Of a DNA stretch of 64,000 bases, positions 53,150 through 60,615 are shown piece after piece. Each line of letters begins with the position of its first letter. The stretch's first letter is position 1. The notes under the pieces are model-generated. The model searched no databases and was not told the origin of the DNA. It saw only the letters and a list, made by a program, of their open reading frames with translations. Position numbers and translations under genes: made by a program. The stretch covers positions 3,968,001 through 4,032,000 of the forward strand of contig OZ242358.1 in NCBI GenBank assembly GCA_965208835.1, given 5' to 3'. The DNA comes from Candidatus Latescibacterota bacterium. GTDB taxonomy: Bacteria; Latescibacterota; UBA2968; GCA-2709665.

Positions 53150-53187
53150 GTTTCAATCCTTGTACTGATGGGAGTGACCAGAGATCG
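53150..53187 (-). repeat. Solitary CRISPR-like repeat unit
   Basis: GTTTCAATCCTTGTACTGATGGGAGTGACC on +, same family as the 40191, 60109 and 60337 repeats. Confidence 0.7.
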
Positions 53188-53292
53188 ATCAGTGTACTGG
53201 TCTTGACGATCGGTGTACATGTTTCAACTGGAATGTATAACATCCCCGGGAAATCCCCAGGTTCCAGACCCCCGCGGCTACTTGTGAGAGTT

Positions 53293-56200
53293 TCAATATT
53301 CCGGTGGTGAGAGATCGATCGCCCATTCTTTGAACTTCGAGACGTTGACGTCGGATCGGTCGAGGAGTGTAAGGAGTTCCTCCTGGCGGGGTTGCCCAAA
53401 GACAACCCGGTAGGCTGCGAGTTGACGTTTGAGGCGTACGAACGCTTCGACCTCCGTCGTGTATGGCAATAGTGGTACATGGCGCTGCACGAAGCAGTCT
53501 CCGGGGGCGATCCAGTGAGGTACCAGGTCGCTTTTCCCGGCGGCTCGCGCAGCCTGGTCGGCCAGCGCGAACATCTGTCTCCAGATATCTTCACCCGCCC
53601 TCCATGACGTCAAGGCGTCGTGCGCGTGGCGAGCAGCGACGTTTCGCCGGACCGCATGGCCCTTATAACGGTGAATCCGGCCTTCGCGTTGCTCAAGATC
53701 GACCGGATTGCCCGGAAGGTTCCAGTGGACCAGGGAGTGACACCACGGATGGAAGTCGAGCCCCTCCTGTCCAATCGACGTACTGGCAAGCACAAACGGC
53801 CGAAACGGGCTATTGAAAGCGTCCCTCACGACGTCCTGGCTGATGTGATCACCTTCGTCCGTTCGGATGTGGCCGAAGCGTAGCGCGAACGCCGTGCGAA
53901 GGCGGGTTACTTCGAGTTCAGGCTTTGTTCCACTTCCTCCCGCACCTTCTGTCTCAAAGAACCTCGCATGGACGCGAGAACGCATTGGACGTACAACCTG
54001 GATGAGTTTGCGGGCGCATCTGCCGGCGATCTCGTCACCGCTGGCGTCGCCGGACCACGACTCCTGGTCCCACAGCAGGTGCCACTGCTCGTCAAGTACT
54101 GCCTGCAGGTTCCCGTGGCGGCAGTAGCGAAGTACCAGTCGCCAGTAGGCCGAACCATCGCGCTCTTCCGCTCCTCTGTCGGCAAGCTGGCGCAGCAGCG
54201 CCGTCACGGCAGGCTGATTGAAGAGACGCCAGAACGCGACTGCAATCATGGCCGCGAACCGGCGACGTGAATCATCGCCAATTCCCGTCCCGTTTCTCAG
54301 GCTGCGTGCCGCGAGAATCGCCGGCGAACCAATGGCGACCTCGGTGAGCAATCTCGCAAGATTTGCCGGACGCCGGCCGAGTTTTCGCGGATCGACCCTG
54401 AGCAGATCGTCGATGTACGCACCGAAGCCTTCCGGATTTGGACGACCCGTGTCATCCGATAATCCAGGAAGTTCGCCATCCGCCCACGTGCCAAGAAAAC
54501 TGCGCAGATCCGGATCCATCAACAGCGGCGCCATCCACTCCCACCTGTCATCAATATCTCCTTCTTGCGGGTTAGGAAGCTTCGGATCGGCAAGAAGTTC
54601 GTCGACCCGGTCTCGCACCCACGCCCGGCGATCCTGTCCAGACCGAAAGTCCAACGGATGCGCCCGGTCCGCCAGCGGAAGGCACGGTATGAGCAGCAGC
54701 AGGAGACGATGGCGGGAAAGGCCGCCCAATTTCGACTTTGCGAGCCTTAAAAGTGGTCTCTGCTGCTCGGCAAGTTTCTCATATGACCCATTCCGGCCAC
54801 GCGTCATCAGTCGTTCAGCTTCGTAGCTTAGTACGGCGCTGACAACGTCGGGCACCACGTTCCAAGCCGAAAACAACAGGCGCTTCGTTGCTTTTTCCTT
54901 GCCCTTGAAGGGTCCTTCAAGCGGCCAGTACGGAAGCGTCGGCGGCATCCAAAGAAGGCGCCATATCCCCTTGTCGATCAACTCCCCGACCAATTCACGC
55001 AGCTTGGCACTTCCGGGGTCGATGCTTTCCCACCTACGTATCGTCGCTGGCGTCAAGAACGCCGACTTATGTTGCTGAAGAACCTCGACGATCTTTCCCG
55101 GCGTGTTAATTGCCTCGTCGAGTAGTTCGTTGAACCTGTAACCTCGCATGAAGTGAGCCAAATACGGAGCTGATTTCCAAAACGGCATCGGATCGCGGTC
55201 ACCGACGGCCCGAAACAACGCGTCGGCGGCCAGGTACTGGCGCACGTCGGTTGAGGTCACGGTCGCGTTACTCGGGACCTCTGCCACCATCGCGTCATTG
55301 TCTTCACTGGCTGCGACGCGCTCGGATCGCGCCATCACGTTCCTGAGCGTTCCTTCGACCTCGCGTTTCGCTTGTTCGACTCGCCCCGGCCCATCCGGTT
55401 CTCCCGCTGCCGCGCGCTTTAATGCTGACCCGAAACGCGAGAACTGGCTCTTAATCTCTTCGACAACCGCGTCATCGTCGCCATACAAGAACCTTGTTGT
55501 GGCCAGGAAGTCCTCGTAGTGGTCCTCGTGTTCGATCTCCGCATCTGCGGTGTAGAGTTTGTACGGCGTCGCGGAGAGCAAGAGCGTCCGCACACGCTTA
55601 CCGTCGTGCGCTTTGGCCTGGAACAACTCATGAGCCAGGTGCGCCGCGGGGTCTCGCTCGCCGTCACTTGTGTCGAGCAGCGACTTAAAGCGCTGGAACT
55701 CGTCCAGGATTACGAGGTCGGGCTCCAGGGCCTTGACGCACACTTTGGCGAGTACCCGGCGCAAATCCGATATAAGCCGGTCTCGCCGGTACCGCAGATC
55801 GTCCGGCCAGTAATTCCGGTAGTAGCCGAACGCACTCAGGATTTCTCTAAATCTGTACTCCAGACCGTGGCACTCATGAAACGCATTCTCAAACCTTCGC
55901 CGTATTGAGTCTTCGATAGGTCGGGGGCGGTTGTTGAGGAACCATCGCCAGTCATCCCGGTTCGTAATCCATCCCTGCAGGAAATTCATAAGCGCCGTGC
56001 GCCGTTCGGTCAGGGGATCGAGCAGTTGAAACAGCACCTCCCGTTCCGGGCGCTGGCCGGCGGATTGCCCCATGTTGAAGGATGTTCCCGGCGTGAAACT
56101 GACGAAGTTCAGCTTGCTGTCGACGAGACCTGGTTCGCCTTCCTTACGCGCCAGTTGCGTGGCCAACATCGTGAGACGTGTCGCCAATGCGAACGACCGT

Positions 56201-56487
56201 TCTTCGGCGCCTCCGATCCTCAGCTTTGGGAGATTGGCTCGTGCGATGCCGGCATTGCTGCAAATGTAGATGATGTCGATCCGTTTGACGTCGTCCCAGA
56301 GGTGATCGATGGCGCGCGCAATGATACCGCGGGCGACCAGCGTCTTCCCAAGGCCCACCTCGTCGGCCACCAGGAAGCGTCCTGTACTGTCTTCCGCAGT
56401 GAACAAGCGGTGGAAGGCATGTTCTACTGTCCGCCGTTGGAAGGATTTGAGTGGTTTAAGACCCGCGTCTACCGATGGACGCTTCAT
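53293..56487 (-). CDS. SF2 helicase of a putative Azaca-like defence operon
   Basis: RFLVADEVGLGKT, ILDEFQRF, LLSATPYK, AFNSPFRPFVLASTSIGQEGLDFH, DLEQREGRIHRY. Confidence 0.85.
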   Translation of the reverse strand: MKRPSVDAGLKPLKSFQRRTVEHAFHRLFTAEDSTGRFLVADEVGLGKTLVARGIIARAIDHLWDDVKRIDIIYICSNAGIARANLPKLRIGGAEERSFALATRLTMLATQLARKEGEPGLVDSKLNFVSFTPGTSFNMGQSAGQRPEREVLFQLLDPLTERRTALMNFLQGWITNRDDWRWFLNNRPRPIEDSIRRRFENAFHECHGLEYRFREILSAFGYYRNYWPDDLRYRRDRLISDLRRVLAKVCVKALEPDLVILDEFQRFKSLLDTSDGERDPAAHLAHELFQAKAHDGKRVRTLLLSATPYKLYTADAEIEHEDHYEDFLATTRFLYGDDDAVVEEIKSQFSRFGSALKRAAAGEPDGPGRVEQAKREVEGTLRNVMARSERVAASEDNDAMVAEVPSNATVTSTDVRQYLAADALFRAVGDRDPMPFWKSAPYLAHFMRGYRFNELLDEAINTPGKIVEVLQQHKSAFLTPATIRRWESIDPGSAKLRELVGELIDKGIWRLLWMPPTLPYWPLEGPFKGKEKATKRLLFSAWNVVPDVVSAVLSYEAERLMTRGRNGSYEKLAEQQRPLLRLAKSKLGGLSRHRLLLLLIPCLPLADRAHPLDFRSGQDRRAWVRDRVDELLADPKLPNPQEGDIDDRWEWMAPLLMDPDLRSFLGTWADGELPGLSDDTGRPNPEGFGAYIDDLLRVDPRKLGRRPANLARLLTEVAIGSPAILAARSLRNGTGIGDDSRRRFAAMIAVAFWRLFNQPAVTALLRQLADRGAEERDGSAYWRLVLRYCRHGNLQAVLDEQWHLLWDQESWSGDASGDEIAGRCARKLIQVVRPMRSRVHARFFETEGAGGSGTKPELEVTRLRTAFALRFGHIRTDEGDHISQDVVRDAFNSPFRPFVLASTSIGQEGLDFHPWCHSLVHWNLPGNPVDLEQREGRIHRYKGHAVRRNVAARHAHDALTSWRAGEDIWRQMFALADQAARAAGKSDLVPHWIAPGDCFVQRHVPLLPYTTEVEAFVRLKRQLAAYRVVFGQPRQEELLTLLDRSDVNVSKFKEWAIDLSPPEY

Positions 56488-58319
56488 GATCGTGGCTCCG
56501 GTGCGATTGCCTCCTCGACTGCCGTCCAAATACTGAATAGTTCGTCTGGCACGATCAGGCGCCCTTCTTCAGTCTTCCGAAGTTCGTCGATCAGGCGACG
56601 TACCGGCTTCAGGCGATCGGGGTCTCGGGACGCGGTACGGACGAGATCATCCAGCAAGGTCTCACCGCTCTGCCCTATTCCCCAGTTAGAGGAAGGTTCT
56701 CCTTCTCCGCTATCTTGCGCCCAGCCGAGTACAGTGTCGAGTCCGCCCAGCAACGCCCTCAGGAAACGAAGGAACTTCTCAGGGGTGTCCAGCAATCCCT
56801 TGAGTACGTGATGCATGCGATCTTCAGGCATACCGTGAGCCGGAAGTCGCAGGGTCATGCGGACGTCGTCCACGCCCTGGACGTTGACACTCAGCCGAAA
56901 GGCGATGAATGCCGTCAGACGCACAATGGGCAGATTCCAACTGATCGTTTTCTCCAGGCGCAGTGCTTGATCTTCGGCTACGGAGACGGGCCAGGCTTCG
57001 ACCTGGACATCGTCGGCCATTTGAAATTCGGGCCCGGTGATAGCCAGCGTCCATGAGTCGCCTGAGGAACCGCATCTCACTTGCAGGTTAGAATTCAAGA
57101 GGTCGTCCCCCAAGGCTTCAAGGCGTTTTCGGGCAGCGGCGATGGCTGGGTCTTCTATCTCCGGATCGACTCTCTTATACTTCATGCACAGCTTCCGAAA
57201 TCCGGCGTCAAGGAACCTATCGATGCCCTGACCGCTGTGGCCCCCTTTGCGTCCCTTCTTTCCCGTGATGGATGCAACCATTTCGACGTTTCTGCCATTG
57301 AACGCCGACGCTGTCAGGTTGGCGGAACCGACGTACCACGTAACGTCCCAACGGTGCTCCACGGCGATCATCTTGGCGTGCAGCCCCGACGGGCGATCAA
57401 TCCCGCCAGTCATCGGTTCGTTCTGCTCAGCCAGACTTTCCTCGGGCTCCCCATGCGCGGTATCCCTAAGGACGAATACATCGTTCCATTCCGCCAGTGC
57501 ATCTTCAGCGAGTCTGTCGAGTTCCTCCTGCCTGCTCACGAGCATTCGGTCGTTACCGCTCAACTCCCTGACGACCCCCAGTCCGGTCCGACTGATGAAC
57601 GGCGCCACCGCAAGTGTTCGATATCCATTCGACGGCGGTCGCCAGTGACGGCGACGCCTGGACAATCCGATTGAATGGAATTCGACAGGAGATGCGAAGC
57701 CGTCCGGGGCGGGAAACCTGATTCGTGAAACCTGATCGGCAAGTGCATCAATGCGATCGGCGACATCCGTGAGAACCGGGTTTACGGCCAGACGAGGTAG
57801 CGCTTCGAGGAATTCACGGAGTGGTCGGCTGACGGCCGCACGCCTCCTGCCCCGAAGCCGCGCCTCGCTCGCGAGCGCAACGTCCCACGAACGGTCAAAT
57901 GTCAGATTGCGCGACAGGATTGCAACGCGCAAAACGTCTTCGGCATCCTCCCCCGAGGCAACAAACCGAGCCGCCCACACCTTCGGGTGGAATGCGCCAC
58001 CGTTTGGGGCGCGTACGGCATGCACACTCGGCTCGAGCATTGAGTACAGAGGTCTCACGTTGCGTGGAATTGCAATGCCCGTTTCATCAACAAACACGTG
58101 GATACGGTCGCCAGCGTCACGGATCGCCTGGTGCAGCCTCAGTGGATCTTGAAGCAACTCATTCAACCCTTCGTCCGTATGCGCGAGCACCGATAACGGA
58201 AGCAGCAGCATCGTTTCCAGATCCAGGGTATAGGTCGTCAGTACAGCAAAGTCGAGGTCGTATCCGCTCGGCGGGCGGAGCAACTCGAAGGCTGTGGTAC
58301 GCGATTCGGGCGATAACAT
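56484..58319 (-). CDS. Phospholipase D-superfamily (HKD-like) nuclease of the putative defence operon
   Basis: LRPPSGY.LD.AV.TTYTLDL, FHPKVW...SRNLTFDRSWD, LHAKM...GSANLT; overlapping start/stop codons on both sides. Confidence 0.8.
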   Translation of the reverse strand: MLSPESRTTAFELLRPPSGYDLDFAVLTTYTLDLETMLLLPLSVLAHTDEGLNELLQDPLRLHQAIRDAGDRIHVFVDETGIAIPRNVRPLYSMLEPSVHAVRAPNGGAFHPKVWAARFVASGEDAEDVLRVAILSRNLTFDRSWDVALASEARLRGRRRAAVSRPLREFLEALPRLAVNPVLTDVADRIDALADQVSRIRFPAPDGFASPVEFHSIGLSRRRRHWRPPSNGYRTLAVAPFISRTGLGVVRELSGNDRMLVSRQEELDRLAEDALAEWNDVFVLRDTAHGEPEESLAEQNEPMTGGIDRPSGLHAKMIAVEHRWDVTWYVGSANLTASAFNGRNVEMVASITGKKGRKGGHSGQGIDRFLDAGFRKLCMKYKRVDPEIEDPAIAAARKRLEALGDDLLNSNLQVRCGSSGDSWTLAITGPEFQMADDVQVEAWPVSVAEDQALRLEKTISWNLPIVRLTAFIAFRLSVNVQGVDDVRMTLRLPAHGMPEDRMHHVLKGLLDTPEKFLRFLRALLGGLDTVLGWAQDSGEGEPSSNWGIGQSGETLLDDLVRTASRDPDRLKPVRRLIDELRKTEEGRLIVPDELFSIWTAVEEAIAPEPRS

Positions 58320-59530
58320 CAGGCGGCCAACCCCCTGTGAAGGTCGGTGAGAAACTGCCGGACGCGAACCCAGCGAAAGTCCATCCGACCAACGCCGACC
58401 CATGGTTTCCACTCCATCAGGCGACTCCGGTTTCCAAGTCGTGCGCGTGCTCCCTTCAGGTGTGACTCGCGTTCGGTAACCAACTCTCTTAACTGTTGGT
58501 CGTTGGCGATCCTGCCGGCATTCAACTTGGTAATGTGTCGAGACCAATCTTGAATGAAGAGTCGTTGGTGATGTGGAGCAAGCCCGCCGCGTCGAGCTAC
58601 CAATTCCCAGAGCGGATCCGGATCGAATGGTTGAGCTTCTTCCGCCTCACGCCCCGCCCATTCAGTGAGCTCTGCACGGAACGAACTGATTAATTCGCCA
58701 TCATCGTCAGTGTCAAGCATCTCGCGACGGTGTTCGGCCACAACCAGATTGTAGAGCAGTGGCATGCCCTCGACGTGTAGAGAGAACCGCCGGGCTAGTT
58801 CCACGGTATCACGAATACTCTGAGGTGCGCGGAGGGCGTCCGGATCGTCCCAGAAGTCGTCCCCGGGCGAATCGGATCCATTGCGGGCCAGCCACGCCAG
58901 CAGGGCACCGGCGCAACGTTCCTCCAGGCGGCCGAGAAGGAAGTCGGCCTCGTCACGGTTCAACGCGAAGGATGCCTCCCACGGAAAGCCAGCCGGCGGC
59001 GACGGCATACGCGGATGCCAGTGCGCATCACGGCTCCAGATAACGCCTGGATCGTCCGCCCGCCCCACACTGCCGCGGCCATCCGCAAGCGCGTCAAAGT
59101 GCGAGTGGTACCAACTCAGGCTCTGCTGCGGCCTAAAGATGCCCCATCGAGTCAGCGCGCTCCAGTATATCGAACTTGGTAACCGGACGAGTGAGTGGCG
59201 GGCGTATACGCCGATGATGCCCTTCTTGTCTTCGCCCTGTTCCAATCGTCCGATAAGATCGACTTCCGCCTGACGCGCGGCTCGCTCCACGTCTACACTC
59301 CTTACCCGACGCGTCTCCAACCTCCGGTAGATCCATGGAATGAGGAGTACATAACGCAGCCGCGTCTGGATATAAGACGTGCCGGGAAAAAGTGCGTCAG
59401 AGATCGCGTCCCGTAGGTTTCCGAGCCCCATCTCGTCGAGCGTGCCCTGCTCGTTGAACAGGTCCAGCACCCGCCGCATCTTGTCGCGGTCGCCCGCCGT
59501 CAGGTCGAGCCAGGTCAACGTCGCCTGCAT
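58319..59530 (-). CDS. DUF6361-like protein, first gene of the putative defence operon
   Basis: LTWLD...GTLDEMGLG.LRDAISD.LFPGTS.IQTRLRY.L.IPW, PSSIYWSAL..WGI, E..LKG.RARL, FRW. Confidence 0.75.
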   Translation of the reverse strand: MQATLTWLDLTAGDRDKMRRVLDLFNEQGTLDEMGLGNLRDAISDALFPGTSYIQTRLRYVLLIPWIYRRLETRRVRSVDVERAARQAEVDLIGRLEQGEDKKGIIGVYARHSLVRLPSSIYWSALTRWGIFRPQQSLSWYHSHFDALADGRGSVGRADDPGVIWSRDAHWHPRMPSPPAGFPWEASFALNRDEADFLLGRLEERCAGALLAWLARNGSDSPGDDFWDDPDALRAPQSIRDTVELARRFSLHVEGMPLLYNLVVAEHRREMLDTDDDGELISSFRAELTEWAGREAEEAQPFDPDPLWELVARRGGLAPHHQRLFIQDWSRHITKLNAGRIANDQQLRELVTERESHLKGARARLGNRSRLMEWKPWVGVGRMDFRWVRVRQFLTDLHRGLAA

Positions 59531-59557
59531 TGCGTGAGTCCTTGTACTGATGGATTC

Positions 59558-59749
59558 CTACCGGGAACCGCCGGACTGACGACGTCGACGCGCACATTCA
59601 GCATCGGCCTTTGCCCACAGAGTGAGCTGGGAGAGCGTAGGCACAGGCAGGCCGGCGTTGCGGTAGTCCTGGTCACGGTAAGGTGTCCCGTCCGCATGCC
59701 AGCACCGGCCTGGGCCACCTGTCTGTTTGTCGACGACTCGCTTGGTCAT
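59558..59749 (-). CDS. Repeat-flanked mini-protein (WHxDGTP family), 63 aa
   Basis: GGPGRCWHADGTPYRDQDYRNAGLPVPTLSQLTLWAKADA; ATG 4 nt after the repeat. Confidence 0.78.
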   Translation of the reverse strand: MTKRVVDKQTGGPGRCWHADGTPYRDQDYRNAGLPVPTLSQLTLWAKADAECARRRRQSGGSR

Positions 59750-59756
59750 ATTGGTT

Positions 59757-59960
59757 TCAATCCCCGTTCTGATGAAAGATCCCCAACGGGTTTTGTCTTT
59801 CCGCTTCAGCCCAGGCTAATAGCTGTTCATCCGTTGGGGGAGTCAATCCCGCCTTGATGTAGTCGGCTTTGTTGAAGGGCGTTCCGTCTTCATGCCAAGC
59901 CTGACCAACAATCGGATCGGCCATTTTTCTGCCTTTGGTGATGTTGGGATCTCTTGGCAT
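59757..59960 (-). CDS. Repeat-flanked mini-protein (WHxDGTP family), 67 aa
   Basis: DPIVGQAWHEDGTPFNKADYIKAGLTPPTDEQLLAWAEAE; own AAGGAAGG RBS; stop inside the repeat. Confidence 0.78.
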   Translation of the reverse strand: MPRDPNITKGRKMADPIVGQAWHEDGTPFNKADYIKAGLTPPTDEQLLAWAEAERQNPLGIFHQNGD

Positions 59961-60111
59961 GTCAAACCTTCCTTGATTCGGCGTTTATGATTATGGGAGC
60001 GTCTAATTTTGATTCTTTGGCGTCTTGCCAACCGTCAAGGCAGGCTTTCATGGATGCACGGGAAAAGGTTGGGCCGTTTCTGTAATTTGTGCGCTTGTCG
60101 CTGTAGGGATT

Positions 60112-60332
60112 TCAATCCTTGTTCTGATGGAAGATCCCCAACGAGTCGACCTGCTGGCGCTGGTCGTCTTGGGCCCACTCGAGCAGCTGCTTGGCCGTGG
60201 GACAACCTGTCCGGCACGGCGATACTCTTCCAGTGTGCAGGGTGTACCGTCCTCACGCCACATACGAGAGATGCCGCCTGACTGTCTGTTTGGGCCTTTG
60301 ATGAGGCGGAATCTTCTTGGTCGCTTGGGCAT
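60112..60332 (-). pseudogene. Repeat-flanked mini-protein (WHxDGTP family) with a 1-nt frameshift
   Basis: MPKRP...MWREDGTPCTLEEYRRAGQVVP / TAKQLLEWAQDDQRQQVDSLGIFHQNKD*; shift near 60198-60202. Confidence 0.7.
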
Positions 60333-60394
60333 GCTGGTTTCAATCCTTGTTGTGACGGAAGATACTCGCAGGGCACCGGCCACTGTTTTTGTTT

Positions 60395-60610
60395 TCAATC
60401 CGCTCCCCTGCGCGGGGAGCGACTGGAGTTGCCCGAGGACTGACGCCGCCGCGCTCGCCGAGCATCGGCGCGAGCCCAGAGCATGAGCTGGAAGAGCGTA
60501 GGTACAGGCAGGCCGGCCTTGCGGTAGTCCTGGTCACTGTAAGGTGTTCCGTCGGCATGCCAGCAGCGGCCTGGGCCGCCTGTGTGTCTGTCAAGGATTC
60601 GCTTGGGCAT
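60395..60610 (-). CDS. Repeat-flanked mini-protein (WHxDGTP family), 71 aa
   Basis: MPKRILDRHTGGPGRCWHADGTPYSDQDYRKAGLPVPTLFQLMLWARADA; ATG 5 nt after the terminal I-C repeat; stop inside the I-C-like repeat. Confidence 0.78.
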   Translation of the reverse strand: MPKRILDRHTGGPGRCWHADGTPYSDQDYRKAGLPVPTLFQLMLWARADARRARRRQSSGNSSRSPRRGAD

Positions 60611-60615
60611 GCGGT

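Larger units (their letters stand above)
59539..60423 (-). CRISPR. Degenerate mixed-repeat extension of the CRISPR array, with gene-sized spacers
   Basis: On +: core TCCTTGTACTGATGG at 59539; GTTTCAATCCCCGTTCTGATGAAAGATCCCCAACGGG at 59754; ATTTCAATCCTTGTTCTGATGGAAGATCCCCAACGAG at 60109; GTTTCAATCCTTGTTGTGACGGAAGATACTCGCAGGG at 60337; I-C-like TTTTCAATCCGCTCCCCTGCGCGGGGAGCGAC at 60392. Confidence 0.8.

Noticed and set aside
53221-53300. GTTTCAACTGG (53221) and GTTTCAATATT (53290) as further repeat copies
   Set aside because: Only 7-8 nt match, with no TCCTTGT..TG core; may be chance
59539-60423. Degenerate repeats as a tracrRNA anti-repeat
   Set aside because: They are in the same orientation as the array, the system is type I-C, and the intervening DNA encodes a conserved peptide
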